From NCBI GenBank assembly GCA_951406725.2, contig OX597820.1:82026001-82090000 (forward strand): a stretch of 64,000 nucleotides of DNA, in the 5' to 3' direction. The notes beneath the pieces are model-generated. The model was not told where the DNA came from, made no database searches, and was given only the letters and a program-made list of their open reading frames with translations. Position numbers and translations under genes: made by a program. The DNA is from Octopus vulgaris (lineage: Eukaryota). Of the stretch, positions 43,606 to 58,467 are shown piece after piece. Numbering within the stretch: position 1 is the first letter of the stretch; every line of letters begins with the position of its first letter.

Positions 43606-45499
43606 ATAGACCAACAGAAATGTAAAAAAAACTGTTATGGTCAAACGATTCCGTACTGACGTTTGATGAATCTATTGAATTAGTTTCTAAGTCTCTAAGT
43701 ACGCTTCGAATGGATGTATACTGTATCTTTTCTGCGTTTGATAAATTAGTGTATTGTTGGAATTATTTGAGACATTATTGGTTGGTGAGATGGTGGTTGT
43801 GAATTTATAATTTCTCTTCAAATTGATATGTGCTGGAATAAATTCTTCAACAAAAGGAAATTCGAGGCTTCTATTTGCGCATTTATTGCTATAATTATCT
43901 TATTCAATTTAACTTTTAGATAATTTCTGTGAGAATCCTTATAAATGTGCTTTTTCTCGTTGAGTAAAGAGTTAACTTTTACAATATATTCCTTTTGGCC
44001 ACTATTGAAAATGCATTATTTTTCTCACTCTTTCTTATGTTATTTTTTAAATCATGAAAAGACTGCTTAAACTTCGCGTTGAGCGTTTGTTTATTGTCGT
44101 GAGTTTATCTATTGATATTACATTCAGCAAGAAGTAAGTCTTCACGACTTTTATGGTAATTTTATCGCCGAAATGTCCTGGGGCTATGAAGAGCAGTTTG
44201 ACTTCAACTATTTTTTTCTGTTATCGTATATATTGGCTATGCATGAAAGTTAATAGCAAGTTTGAGGAGTGTTATTTGCTTTGGAATGAATGTATGTTGT
44301 TAGAAGTTAAAGAATTTATCTTCCTATGTGGGTAGATAGATTTTTTTCTTCGTAGATTAGTTATATTACATTATTCAAATACATACTAACTATAGAACAT
44401 ATGATGAAACGCCTCATAAAAGAGAACATAAATTGTAAACACAAAAACATTAGTTAACACTAACAATGCACTAAAAATCAGTCAATTTGCAAACCTAGTT
44501 ATGTAAATATACACATTTGTTCTCGTTTTGGTGCTCTTATCAACTTTTTGTTTATTTAGAATTTCCTTTCATTTTTTGACAGTTTGTTTATTGCAATAAA
44601 GTTTCTAAACCCACCATCAATGTATTTAGACCTTCATAATTTCATCAATATAGAGTGATGTAGGCTTCTATTGCTGTTTTACAATCGATTTAATTTGTTA
44701 TTGTGAGATGTATAAATCCAGTCAGATCGTTATTTTTTCATTCTATATATACGTAACCTGCATTATACTGTGCTATGGCTGTTGTTTACATCATTAATCG
44801 TCTATTTTTATGATTAATTCTGTATGGATGTGCTGTCTAATATTTTTCTATATAGTATTGTTTAGTGTTGTATGGTGTAGTTAGAACATTAGCAGTGCTC
44901 ATATTAGTAAATGCATGGTGAGTTGGAGGAAATTGCTATATTTCTATGGTCAATATAAGTTTTGGTGTCATTAAGTTTAAAACCTTTATCGTTCGCAATC
45001 AAATCTATTAACCAAATTCGCATTAGTAGCTTGTTCGCCAGTCTACATGCTTGCAGTTTGTAATTGTTAACAAATTTTTAAATTTTAGTGTTGTAATATA
45101 TTATCGATAAGGTTTTGTGAACGTGTTACGAAGTTTTTGTTACTTTGTAAGCATTTGATTTATATGACAAACCTTATGCGTGGTTTGCATATTTCTAATA
45201 CAGTATCCGACACATTTAGTACGCTGTATTTGTTGTATTGGTATATAGTTTAGTATTTAACTTTGTGACAATACCATCAAGAGAATAAAGAAGGAAATGA
45301 AGATACGGTGTTCTACCGTAAACAAAGTATCTCGTAAAATGAAATATATAAATAGATGTGAATGTGTATATTGGTGTATACATGTATGTGCGTACATTAA
45401 AAAACAAAAAGAGAAAACGCTTTCATCATGGACAAAAGAAAGAAAATATTTACATTTTTGTCAACATAAGCAAAGTTACTCGGTACCATACAAACAAGA

Positions 45500-47400
45500 G
45501 ACGCCATATATAATAATAAAAATTACAGAGTTATCAAGGAAAAATCAACGACACAAGAAATTAGTGTACACTATAAAGGACTTAAATTTACATCAACCCT
45601 CGAAGACACAATTACACTGAAATGGAAGACAACATTTCTGAATTCTATAGAAAGTTAAGGCTCGCAGAAGAGCTATACAAGAACAACGAAGACGAATGAA
45701 AGTAAGAATCAACAGCAACTGCACCCTACCAGTAGATCAGAACATTGTACTATTTCTGTGAATATATTTTAAATTATCCATATCAATATGCACACGAATA
45801 AAATCCCATCTCAAGCTTGAATGGGATGACATAAATTATAAAAATAAAGAAATAACAATTAAAAAGGCCGATAAATGAAATTCAGAAATATCGATGAATA
45901 CAGAATACTACAAAAACTTTGTGTATCCTTATTACAAAATGATACATACTACAATCAACAGAACACTTTTGAAACCTTAGAATATTAATATATTGATGCC
46001 GAAAAGGGATCACCGACAAAGAATATGAAAATATTACTAACATTTGGCATAAATCTAGTTTTACAAAATGAGACAAAAAAATGAAGCATGCAAAGGGACT
46101 ACTGATATGTATTAATCTTTGGCCCGAAATTTTTGGGGAGGGGGGTCCAGTCGATTAGATCGACACTAGTACACAACTAGTACTTAATTTATCGACCCCG
46201 AAAGGATGAAAGGCAAAGTCGACCTTGGCGGTATTTGAACTCAGAAAGTAAAGACAGATGAAATAACGCTAAGCATTCCCCCCGGCGTACTAACGTTTCT
46301 GCCAGCTCGCCACCTATTGATATGTATTAATGTCCTCTCACCAAATGGTCTGAAATTCAGACAAATGGCAGCTGGTCCAGTGTGTGGAAACCATCTAGTA
46401 AATTTTAGATGTGTTACTCAAGCCATTCTTCAAGCACATAACAGACGATTTAGATATGTTAAGTCATCTTCCGAAAACTGTCAGTGGAAAAAAGGCCATG
46501 ACAATATCTTTCAAACCTGCGAATATTTATTCAAACCTACCACACGAGTTTGAAATTGGGATCATTAAATTCTGGTCGGATATTAATAAAGGTGAACTTC
46601 CTCATTACGTAAAAAAAGAAAATAATAATAGAAAGACTAAAATTCATTTTGAGAATAATTATTTTATGTTTGTTTTATGTTTAGTGATAACTTTTATCGA
46701 CAAAAATCTGGAACCGTGATGGAGAGGAAACAGATCTAAAGGATCTGCTTCCTAGACAGAAATTATCCACCATCTTTGATCGATAAGGAAATACAACGAA
46801 TCGAGAAGTTCAGTATCCAAAGAAATATATCGAAATTGAAGGCCCTACTACACATTTTCCGTAACAATCCTAAAAAGAATGAGGCTTACAACACCATATT
46901 TAAAAACATGTATACACTGAAAAGGACTGAAGCAAATCTTCGTATCACAAAAAGAAAAGAAGCCTAAATCAATTTAAAAAAAGGCCAAACATTGGACAAT
47001 AACAAAACCAACAGTTAAAAACTGCGAAGGATCCAATTGTGGTATACATTTAAATTTGTCAGAACTATCGGAAATCGTTTTATACAGAGACAACACTTCA
47101 CAGTAAAAACCAAGGTTACCGATGCATCTGAAAACCTAATCAGTGCAATTGCATGCTCATGATGTAGAAAGAAATGTACAGGGAAAACCAGGATGTCCCT
47201 AATACAACGTACGACTGAAGATATTCACAAATTAAATGCAGATAATAGGACTCAATGAAAATACAAACGCAAGTTCTGATGAGAAATAATTAATTTTTAT
47301 GATCTTCTTATATCGGTTTAGCGTTGGCACAGCACAACAAATCATCGACATTGAAACAACTTTCATAACGAAATACCGACGGCTTCTAAATACCTGTGGG
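45500..47400 (+). mobile_element. Highly decayed Penelope-like element (RT plus GIY-YIG)
   Basis: DAEKG; KFRQMAAGPVC; LDVLLKPF; NIYSNLPH; ASENLISAIAC...GKT; related to 1530-2490. Confidence 0.7.
46117..46313 (-). mobile_element. Family B tRNA-derived SINE with 18-bp TSD
   Basis: Head ggtggcgagctggcagaaacgttag...gagttcaaatacc; CTAYTGATATGTATTAAT at 46099-46116 and 46314-46331. Confidence 0.92.
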
Positions 47401-47862
47401 AGAGAAAGGGTGACAATTACCAAAGCAATTACTGTTACAGCTGCTGCTGCTGCTGCTACTACTACTACTGCAGCTTCTACTACTGCAGCTTCTACTACTG
47501 CAGCTACTAGTGCTACTTCTGCTGCAAAGGCTACTATTACCACTGCTGCTTCTACCACTACTGCTTAATACTACTTAAGCTCCTACTGCTGCTTCTACTA
47601 GTGAGGCTAATACAGATGCTGCTGCTGCTACTGCTACTACTACTACTACTACTACTACTACAGTTGCCGTTGTTGCTACAACTGACAGCCACTCGTTAGT
47701 GACAACATCCCTTACTACAGCTGCTAGTACCGCTGCACCTGCACTTCCTGCTGCACTTGCTGCTGGTGCTATATGTAACCGATATAACCAACTAACAGCC
47801 CCATATGAATTTTGAAAGAGAAACTTCTGAATTTCCAGATCTAGTATCATATAGATTAATTT

Positions 47863-48232
47863 TATTAGCTCCGCCTTAGCGAAGGCAGAGATATTGTTTT
47901 CAGTCATGTTTGTTTCTTTGTTTGTCCGTGGACAAGATATCTCAAGAACCGATGGATGGCTTCGGATGAAACTTGCAGGGATGTGTAGCCTCAAGACTGG
48001 CACGAATTGTTTAGATTTTGGGATCGATCCGGTCCTGGACAAGGATTCTGTATTATTTTTCCTGATTTTTACTTAATTTCTCAGAGCGGTTTGGTTTAAT
48101 TTTTAGTATTCTCGTTTGTGAGAGCAGTTGAGTTTATTTCAGATATTCTCATTTTAAAAATCATTGCTGGTTAATCGTTGAGAGACGTTGGTGTTGCCTT
48201 GGTGGACGTTTGCGCTCTCTGAGTGCTCTTGT
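47863..48232 (+). mobile_element. Helentron-associated (HINE/DINE-1-like) element
   Basis: 5' TTATTAGCTCCGCCTTAGCGAAGGCAGAG subterminal IR and hairpin, (GTTT)n tract, 3' CCTTGGTGGA plus GCGCTCTCTGAGTGC hairpin, T-rich flanks. Confidence 0.7.
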
Positions 48233-48431
48233 TTTAATTTATTTTCCTTTCTCTTACTACATCAATAAATCCTCTTTATCAAAACGCAAAAGTGCTTCGC
48301 GAACTTTCTCATGGAATAAAGAAACAAAATATTTATATTTTTATCAAAATGCGCGACCCGGTCCAATCATTTTCGAAGGCGAATTATACGTACATACATA
48401 CATATATGTGTTTGTGTGTGTGTTGATATAT

Positions 48432-48464
<33 letters not shown>

Positions 48465-48467
48465 CAA

Positions 48468-49112
48468 TGTCACCAGTTTATATTTTTAATTTCACGCATG
48501 CACATTGTTTTTGATTTTGACGACTACACATTATTATAGGGTCAGCTGGGCACCGTCTGTGAGAAAAACAGCATCACTCAGCCAGAAATTAGTAACCGAC
48601 ATGTTGTACGGCTTGGCATTCGCACCGGGTGCTCCAGTACGAACATTTCACAGTGGTTGGGTGTCACTCTGAGGAGAGTGTATGTACCGAGAGTTATAAA
48701 AATCAAGCATCCAATCAACATCATGGTGTTTCGAGTGATCACTAGTGATGGCGTCGTTATGGCTCCATTCCTCTTCCCACACGGCCTCACACTCAACACG
48801 AAGCCTACAGTAAGTGTCTGGAGGAGGTAGTGCTGCTCTGGGTCATGAGGGTGGCTGCTGGAAGACCCTAAGTCTGGCAACAGGACTCTCCACCATGCCA
48901 CACAAACAGGAGAACCCAGTCATGGCTGACAAACAATTTCTGCGACCACATCACCCCTAACACCTGGCCACTTAACGTCCCAAACTGCAACCCCTTTGAT
49001 TATTATGCGTGGGGCACAGTTGAGTGAGAGAACAACAAAAGCCCTTGTAACACCAATGATGAACTGAAGGTAAGGATTATGGCAGGATTGACCAACTTAA
49101 ACAAGGAGGCCG
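48468..49112 (+). mobile_element. maT/DD37D-like transposase fragment with internal deletion
   Basis: KHPINIMVF.VITSDG...VWQQDSPPCHT...WPLNVPNCNPFDYYAWG. Confidence 0.85.
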
Positions 49113-49147
49113 CGATATATATAATGGCGACAATTTACCCCTCGCGC

Positions 49148-49189
<42 letters not shown>

Positions 49190-49301
49190 TGTATATAATG
49201 ACTAGTCGAAACAGTTGTTAGTCAAATTTCCTACAATAAAGAAAATGTATAACGACCATTATTTATGCTTTGTACTCTGTGTGTGTGTGTGTTTGTTTAT
49301 A

Positions 49302-49345
<44 letters not shown>

Positions 49346-49524
49346 GAAATGAGGTAATCAGAATATCGGATGGTTCATATTTATAGATATTTATTTATAT
49401 ATTACATTTTTTACATATATATATCATATCATTCAGATCATATCATTCGGATTATTAGCGCTTTCTCCCATTCCAGTGGGGTTTTCAAATCAAATTAATC
49501 CCTTTGTGGGGAATTTGGTCATAC

Positions 49525-49580
<56 letters not shown>

Positions 49581-50209
49581 CGAGGGAAGGATTGCTTGTT
49601 TACACTTTTTCAAGATCAGTGACGAAAAGTCACTGGAAAAAGGGTATATGTATTTGCATTGGGACCCTGCTATCGAAAACCAGTGATTGTCGTGCAGTTA
49701 CTGTCTATACCTCGTTTAGAGATTTATTATACATATATATATATAAATGTCACTATGTTGGTTAAGATGACGAGGGGTTCAGTATTTGATCCGATCAACG
49801 GAACAGCTTGCTCATAAATTTACGGGCAACTGACTGAGCACTCCACAAATACTCCTACTCTTAACGAAGTTCACAAATAGATAAGCGTGGTACATAGTGT
49901 GACAAGACTAGTCTTTTGAAATACATGTACGACTTATTTTTTTCCGGCTGAGTGGACTGGAGTAACGTGAAAAAACATGTTCTTTTCAAGGATTGATTGA
50001 TTAACCGAATGATTAATCACATTAATAAAAAAATCGATTAATAAGTTGTAATCGATCAGCTGTCAGCGATAACCAACTGACGATTAATGAAGAAGTGAAA
50101 TTGAACCTATGTGAGTGCTCTATATTTAAGAGATGTTATTGGCATAATCACCCTCCTGAGATTCAACAATATAAATATATATATATATATATATAAAGTA
50201 TGAAATTTG

Positions 50210-51013
50210 TAGTAAGGTATTTGGTAAACTTTGACAGCTGCTCATTTTGCACTCATATTTTGACAATCTTTATTTTTTGTTAGAAAATCGACACATTCAT
50301 TTCTTTATTCTAACTCATTTTGCGCTTTATAAAGAATCTATAAATCATATTTTGCTATTTTTGTTTAGAGATGGATAAGTCGGAAATTCGTACAGTTCTG
50401 AAATATGAGTTCTTTCTTGGAAATACTGCATCACAGACAGCTTGGAATATTAATGGAGTATTTCATTCTAATGTCATTACACAGCAGACAATATCAAATT
50501 GGTTTGCAAAATTTCGTTCTGGTAACTTTGACCTCACAAATGAGTAACGCGGTCGACAAGAAAGGAAGGTGGATAATGACGAAAACCACCGTCGAGTCAG
50601 ATCCATTTCAAAGTGCCCAGGAATTATTGTTGTTGTTTGGTGTTAGCAAGCAAACAATATTGACTCAACTAGTTCAAATCGGTAAAATGAAAAAGTTGGA
50701 TATGTGGGTTCCACATAAACGCAATGAAAATCTGAAACACCAACATTTGGAAGCCTGCTTTATGCTACTTTCTCATCATAAAAATGAATCACTTCTGAAT
50801 CGAATTGTAACATGTGATGAGAATTGGATCCAATGCAACAACCGTAAACGTTCAGCTCAGTGGTTGGACAGAGACGAGCCACAAAAACACAGTCCAAAAA
50901 GCGAAATTCATCAAAAGAAGCTGATGGTGCATGTTCGTGGCCTGACGCAGGTGTGATCCATTATGATTTCATTAAAGTTGGCCCATCAATCAGGGCCGAT
51001 GTATTCTGCAGTG
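50210..51013 (+). mobile_element. mariner 5' two-thirds, pseudogenised
   Basis: ATG at 50371 MDKSEIRTVLKYEF; WVPH; NRIVTCDENWI; HQKKLMV; truncated at the (TTA)n tract. Confidence 0.92.
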
Positions 51014-51015
51014 AC

Positions 51016-51570
<555 letters not shown>

Positions 51571-52133
51571 AAGATTAATCAGCCGAAATTGCTAGGATGA
51601 TCCGGTTCTTGACTGAAGATTGATGGCTTCGAATATCCCGCCCGTGTTTTTTGTATCGTCTTCTAAATGTTTTACATTCTTGTCCCAGTTTGTATTTTTC
51701 TACATATAATATATATATTATATATATATATATATATATGGGTGCTGGAGTGGCTGTGTGGTAAATAGCTTGCTTACCAACTACATGGTTCCAGGCTTAG
51801 TCCCACTAAGTGGCACCTTGAGCAAGTGTCTTCTGCTATAGCCTCGGGCCGACCAAAGACATGTGAGTGGATATGGTAGACGGAAACAGAGAGAAGCCCA
51901 TCGCATATGTATGCTCTTAGCTTAGTTTTTCCTTGGGGCTGGCCAGATTGGTGCAATCTCAAGATTAATCAGCCGAAATTGCGAGGATGATCTGGTTCCT
52001 GACTGAAGATCAAAGGCTTCGAATGACCCGTCCGTGTTTTTTGTATCGTGTATCTGAATGTTTTGTTGTCCCTTTTTGTATCACCTAGTTGTCCGGATGT
52101 TTTGCGTTCTTGTCCCATTTTGCATTGTTTTTA

Positions 52134-52135
<2 letters not shown>
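51571..52135 (+). repeat. Two ~140-bp direct repeats flanking a family A SINE head (51741-51905)
   Basis: aagattaatcagccgaaattgc...gactgaagat...ggcttcgaat at 51571 and 51961. Confidence 0.8.
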
Positions 52136-52180
<45 letters not shown>

Positions 52181-52193
52181 ATACACATATACA

Positions 52194-52275
<82 letters not shown>

Positions 52276-52343
52276 TACTCGCACACATTTGCACCTATGT
52301 ATGTATATTTCAGTATATATATTTATATCTATATCTGTCTATA

Positions 52344-52414
<71 letters not shown>

Positions 52415-52421
52415 TTATCTA

Positions 52422-52477
<56 letters not shown>

Positions 52478-52585
52478 AGCATATATATACGTAGTACATA
52501 TACGAAAACGTAAAAATTTTGAATATAGACACCCCCATCTCCACGGCCGCTCACACATACAAACACATATTTCTGTTCATTATAG

Positions 52586-52759
52586 ACATGCCTTGTCTTG
52601 AGAGAGGTCCAAAGAATGTGAAGAATTATCTCCATCCCTTCCACCTACCATTCTCTGCTCCACTCACCTCCACTGAATCTTGTAAATATTTCGGAAGGTC
52701 TTACTTTGATGCTGTGCCAATGTATCAAATTAAGATACAGCTTTGTGCTGGGATCTCAG
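52586..52759 (+). CDS. Candidate internal coding exon of a host gene (58 codons, phase 1-1, three Cys)
   Basis: Acceptor tttctgttcattatAG; consensus donor CAG|GTAAGT; 174 nt; only one open frame xMPCLERGPKNVKNYLHPFHLPFSAPLTSTESCKYFGRSYFDAVPMYQIKIQLCAGIS; unique sequence between microsatellites. Confidence 0.55.
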
Positions 52760-52879
52760 GTAAGTGTACGGTGAGTTGACGTGCTGAGAGGTGTTGTGCT
52801 TGCTGTGTGTTGGGAGAGGAGGCTTACCAGGGACTGGTGTTAGTTTGTATAGGTAGTTGTACTTATGACGATGATGACT

Positions 52880-52913
<34 letters not shown>

Positions 52914-52925
52914 CGATGGTGGTGG

Positions 52926-52980
<55 letters not shown>

Positions 52981-53304
52981 GGTGGTGGTGATGATGATGG
53001 CGTTTGTGGTGATGGTTTTGTGCGATGAGTGTGTTGGTGGTTGGTGGTTTGCGGTAGTGGTAGTACATTTTTGTGGTGATGGTGATGGTTGGTGGTGGTA
53101 GTATGAATGGTTATGGTATTGGTAGTGGTGTTGATACTGAAGGTGGTGGTGGTGGTGGTGATTTAGGTTGTTATGGCAGTGGGGTGGTGATGGTGGTGGT
53201 GGTAATATAAGATGGCTCAGTGATGTGGTATGTAAGTAGTCTTATTACCTTCTCTCCCGCTGTATCTCTTTCTAAGCAACGTGGCCTTTGTCATTTATGT
53301 AACG

Positions 53305-53360
<56 letters not shown>

Positions 53361-53635
53361 TGTTGTTGCTGTTGTTGTTGTTGTAGTGGTATTAGTTATT
53401 TGTGGTGGCCATGGTGGTGTTAAACTATGTACACTCATTTACAAATTAGTAACCATGTGCTAAAATTAGAAACAATCATCATCATCATTCTGGTGGTGGT
53501 TGTGGTGGTGGTTGTGGTGGTGTTGGTGGTGGTGGTGGTGATTGTGGCTGTGCGGTGGCGGCAGCGGTGGCGGAAGGACACTGGTAGAATAATTAGATCG
53601 GGGGACAAAATACCATGTGGTATTTAGTGTCGTCA

Positions 53636-53850
53636 AGGTGAAGAACTAGCCGAATCGTTAGCACACTGGACACAATTCTTTGTGACATTTCGTCCGTCTT
53701 TATGTTGTGAGTTCAAATTCCGCAGAGATCGGCTTTGCCATTTATTCTTTCGGAATCAATAAAATAAAAAGCATACTACGGTCGATGTAATCGACTTATC
53801 CCTCTCTGACAATTGCTGGCCTTGTGTTAAAATTTGAAACTAATAATTAG
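53636..53850 (+). mobile_element. Decayed family B SINE
   Basis: ggtgaagaactagccgaatcgttagcac...gagttcaaattcc...ggctttgccattta. Confidence 0.75.
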
Positions 53851-54008
53851 TATCGTCTATTTAAGTTCTGAGTTCAAACCCCGTCAAAATCAATTTTAAA
53901 TTCTAAAGATAATACATTGCTAAGCACCAGTCATGTTTTGCGTATATCTGTTCGATTATACCCGACTCTAAAAGGAATTGTCTTGTATCTATTTTAGCGA
54001 ATATTATA

Positions 54009-55749
54009 CAGGGGAACAATTTTGAATATGATTTCTGTTGAGTTTGCTTTTTCACTTCATTTAGACTAAAATTGTCATACTGATTTCAAAACTACAGTCA
54101 GTTTTCTTCCATCACGTAATTTTTTTTTTTCTTCTTTTTTCTACAGTTTCTCTGAATAAGCATAATTGTATCGGTCAGCTTCTTTTACGTTGTTGATAAC
54201 ACTGGGGACCATTTTCGAAAAGATTGCTTAGTTGTCTTGCTTTTTGCAATTAATCCTACCTAATTTGATGATACTGAGTTCAGAAATTACCTTAGAAATT
54301 TTCTATCATGTCAAATTTTTAGAGAAATTAATTTTTTCACGAAAAAATTGTCAATTTTGCCATTAAATGCAATATTGAAACATAAAAAAATAGCACAAGC
54401 CAAATAGTATATCTTAGAATAGATATTTCTGTCAACGTAGAGTTTCAGCTCCTCAAGGAGTGAACTTTCTATTTGTTGCTTTGCGTGAATAACTTGCATC
54501 GCGACAATCACCTTGCAGAGACCAGTAGTAGTCAGCCGTCATGTTTGTGTTCCACCTGCCTTGATACCTAGTCTCCATGGTCTCGATGTCTTGGTGGAAT
54601 ATTTTTCTCCTTGCTCATCACTTATTGCACTATGCTTTTCATGGAAGTAGTCCAGATGACTGTGCAGAAAATGCACTTTCACGCTCATGTTGCAACCCAA
54701 TGCTTGAAAACTGGTTGACACACCAAACTTAATTTTCTGACAAGACAAAGCTGGAAACTTTCTGCTTAAGTATTTAAACCAGTTACTGTCTCAGTGTTTC
54801 AACACGTTTTATGCACTAAATGGAGAGTACAGGCTTCGTCTTGATCATCCAGTTTTATGTCAAAGTAAGTAACGTTGTTTTGCTGCCTAGATAAAGTGTA
54901 ACATCCACAAATATAACAGATGACATCGGGGCTGTTTTAGCATTTTCTTTTCTCACAATTGGTCATATTTCTGAAATGCAAAGCATATATTCAAGCCAGT
55001 TATCACCTGGGAAAAGTTTTTTCAGAATTGTCAACAGTTATAAAAGAAAGCAAATGCAGATTTGTGGTGCCCAAGTTCCATAAAGAGCGTGCATACTATG
55101 AAGTTCTTTCTACAGTTCTTTGATTATGCTTGACAAAAAGTGATCTTGACTCATGCGACCTCACAATTAAAACATTAAGGGCTCATTCAAATTAACAATT
55201 ATCATAAGAAATAGTTAAAGGTTCAACAAACATTTTTCATCAGGTTTGCAATGATAGTTACACTAAATCAAGCACAGCGTAGGCATATTTGCTGGCAAAT
55301 TCCGCAAATATGAGATATTTATGATGTCAAGGACAACAGAAATCTATTGTTTATTAACATCTAATTGTATAAAGAACATTTCTGTCATCATCCTGACATT
55401 TGAAACTGGTTAGATTGGAAATCATGGAAGTTGCTCAAGTTTGATGCATTTTATTTACTGAAAATATTTAAATCATGACTTCAGTTTTGTAGTTACATTT
55501 ACTTTAAATGATATTGGAAAACTGTTTTCAAAGTTATGTCAACCTCGATGCACAGGTCTGCATTTGATGAAGCAAAATCTGTCTTTAGAAATAGGAACAA
55601 TACCGGAAGTGTCAAAAAAATGAACATTTGAGTTCGTGAAAAATCTTGATGTGATTGAACAAAATGGATTTCAGTTTTGAAATCAGCACCCCAAAATTAA
55701 TAGGAAACATGTCTCAAGCACCAGACAACAAAAACCATGTTTCCTACTG
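54009..55749 (-). mobile_element. Internally deleted DNA transposon, Chapaev3 (CMC)-like
   Basis: NSPDVICYICG...YFDIKLDDQD N-terminus joined to LGCNMSVKVHFLHSHLDYF...SDEQGE...YQGRW; imperfect ends CAGGGGAACA / TGTTTCCTACTG; superfamily label from memory. Confidence 0.65.
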
Positions 55750-56296
55750 TTATCATTGTATCTTAGTGGTGGTGGTGGTGGTATAGCGGACATGCCTGAG
55801 CTGCTTTCTTTCACATTCCCAATTCGAATTCATCCGACTACATCCGGAGAGAAATATCCTCATCATCATTATCATCCTCATTTAATATCCATTTTCCATG
55901 CTTGCTTAAGTTGAATGGCTCGGCAGGATCCGACGAATCGTGAGTTATCACAATACTCCAATTATGTATGGTTCATTTGAGCGAATACCCTTCCTAGCGC
56001 CAACCAAATTATTTTACCAAACTAAAGTTATAATTGATCTAAAAGCACAATTATTTTATTTATATGTGCCTGCAAAGAAAAGAAAATATATCAAACCACA
56101 AACAAAAAAGATCGATGGGTACCTAAAGACTTTTCCTGAGCACATGGAGGCATATGGGCAATAGCCTTTAACATTTTTTATCACCCTTTGTATGAAGTAG
56201 GTTGGTATTTGACTCTAACAGTGAGGGTATTTTGCTCTCTTCCAGATTTTTCACAAGCTCTTCACCTCTGCGTCTTAACATTTCTCTTGTGATACA

Positions 56297-56350
<54 letters not shown>

Positions 56351-56351
<1 letters not shown>

Positions 56352-56588
56352 TTATGTGTGTGCTGTGTTGCTGTGTCTGTGTTCATTCCACACCACCGCT
56401 TGACGACCGGTGTTGGCGTGTTTACGACCCCGTAATATTACGGGTCGGCAAAAGAAACCAATAGAATAAAAAATATCAAACTTTAAAAAATACTGGGGTC
56501 GATTTATTCGACTAAGATTCTTCAAGGCGGTGCCCCAGCGTGGCCATAGTCTAATAACTAAAACAAATAGAAAATAAGAAATATACAA

Positions 56589-56655
<67 letters not shown>

Positions 56656-56845
56656 ATGTTTTCTCTCTGTATAAGGAGAGAGAGACAGAAAGAGACAGTG
56701 GTGATTACTTATCTATATCTTTTATCGTTATCTTTTACATTTTCTTGGTTTCATACAGCCATTCTGGGGCATATTCTTGAGGGGTTTAATCGAGGAAATC
56801 GAACCCAGTACTTCTATTTTTAAATCTGGTACTTTTACCGAACCG
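56351..56845. mobile_element. Family A SINE 3' halves in inverted orientation
   Basis: 56351-56580 (+) and 56730-56845 (-), diverged. Confidence 0.75.
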
Positions 56846-56968
56846 CGTGCACGCAAACATACACACACATACAGAGTCGCTCACACACTCAGATAAACAC
56901 TCATTTACACACACTGGGACACCTACACAAATGCACAAACACACACGGGCGCGCGCATATATATTTTC

Positions 56969-57100
56969 TAAGAACAGTTTGACTCGTTTTCATGTGACTT
57001 AAAGTTTCGTAGGCGCGTAGGTCTCGCCCATCTCATCAGACATAATTAGACGCGCCCATCAAATTTTAAGTTATACGGAAGTGAGTCAAACTGTTATGTA
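56969..57100. mobile_element. ~130-bp palindromic MITE
   Basis: AACAGTTTGACTC...GAGTCAAACTGTT with imperfect inverted arms ~50 bp long. Confidence 0.7.
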
Positions 57101-57439
57101 ACTCCTACCTAATGTGTTGAGTACTACCCACTCGTGTGTGTGTGTGTGTGTTTGTGCAATGTGCCGCGTAGTAGACTTAGCTAAGTAGACTTAGCTAAGT
57201 AGACTTAGCTCAAATTCCTGTAAATTGCAAAATGGGCTTTTTAACCATAGAAACCACTCCAGTACGCTCGTGCATATATTTGTGTGCGTGTGTGTGTGTA
57301 TACGTGTATGTACGTATGTATATACGTACGTACGTACGTACGTATGTATGTATGTATGCATGTACACACCTAAGTGTGAATATACATATTTATATGGAAG
57401 TATATATGTATATATTATACATGTTTTCTCGTATTCATC

Positions 57440-57676
57440 TATCTTTTACTTTTACCTGTTTCTGTCATTAGACTGCGGTCATACTGGGGCACCGCCTTGA
57501 GCAATTTTAGTCGAAGGAATCGAGCCCAGCACTTGTTTTTTTTCAAAGTTTGGTACTTATTCTTCTTATCTGCTTTGCCAAACTACTAGGTTACGAGGAC
57601 GTAAACACACCAACATCGGTTTTCAAGCGGTGATGTGGGCCAAACACAGACACGAGAAGACACACATACAAACTCT

Positions 57677-57715
<39 letters not shown>

Positions 57716-57912
57716 GTGTGTGTGTGTGTGCGTGTACAACAGGCTTCTTTCAGTCTCCGTCTACCAAATCCAGTCGCACAAATCCACTCACAAGGCTTTT
57801 GCCGGCCCGAAACTATAGTAGTGAACAATTGCCCAATGTGCCACGCATTGAGACTGAACCCGGAGCCATGTGATTGGAAAGCAGACTTCTTTACCATATA
57901 GTCACCCCTGTA
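57440..57912 (-). mobile_element. Family A SINE
   Basis: Collinear with 11481-11872. Confidence 0.88.
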
Positions 57913-58419
57913 CTAACCTATCTTAAATAATTTTTGTTATAGGCAGTCGTTCAGTGACAGAAAACGAATGATAATCCAAAAACAAAGTATATAAAGACTG
58001 TTACACAATAGTATTAAATTATGTTTTTTAAATATTTATATGCAAATATGGGAGTTCGTTTATATATCTGTGAAGCAGATGTATTTGTATGAATGGCTCA
58101 GAACGAATTGTATAATTTCTATTTAGTTATATATATGTATGTTTACCTGTGCGTCTTCACGTGCAGATGTTAGTCCCAACGCACACCTGCAAAACTACTG
58201 CCCTAAATGTTGAAAGGAAAACAACTTATGTTTTGAAATACTCTAACTTCCATTCGTTCATATATTTCAAATTTTGTAGCACAATTAACAACCTATTGAA
58301 ACTGAATCTTCTATTGCCCTCTTCACATCCTAAATACCGCAGGGCCTTCCATTTTAGTAGTTGTCATGATACTCGAATAAATTGTCATTTTTAAATATAT
58401 ATTAAAAATCACGCATATA

Positions 58420-58467
<48 letters not shown>

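Noticed and set aside
47299-47770. Mucin-like T/A-rich ORF
   Set aside because: Mixed (GCT)/(ACT) trinucleotide tract fused to a PLE remnant, with stops and no splice support.
57020-57055. Hammerhead inside the palindromic MITE
   Set aside because: CTGATGA is present on the minus strand, but GAAA and stem II are absent.
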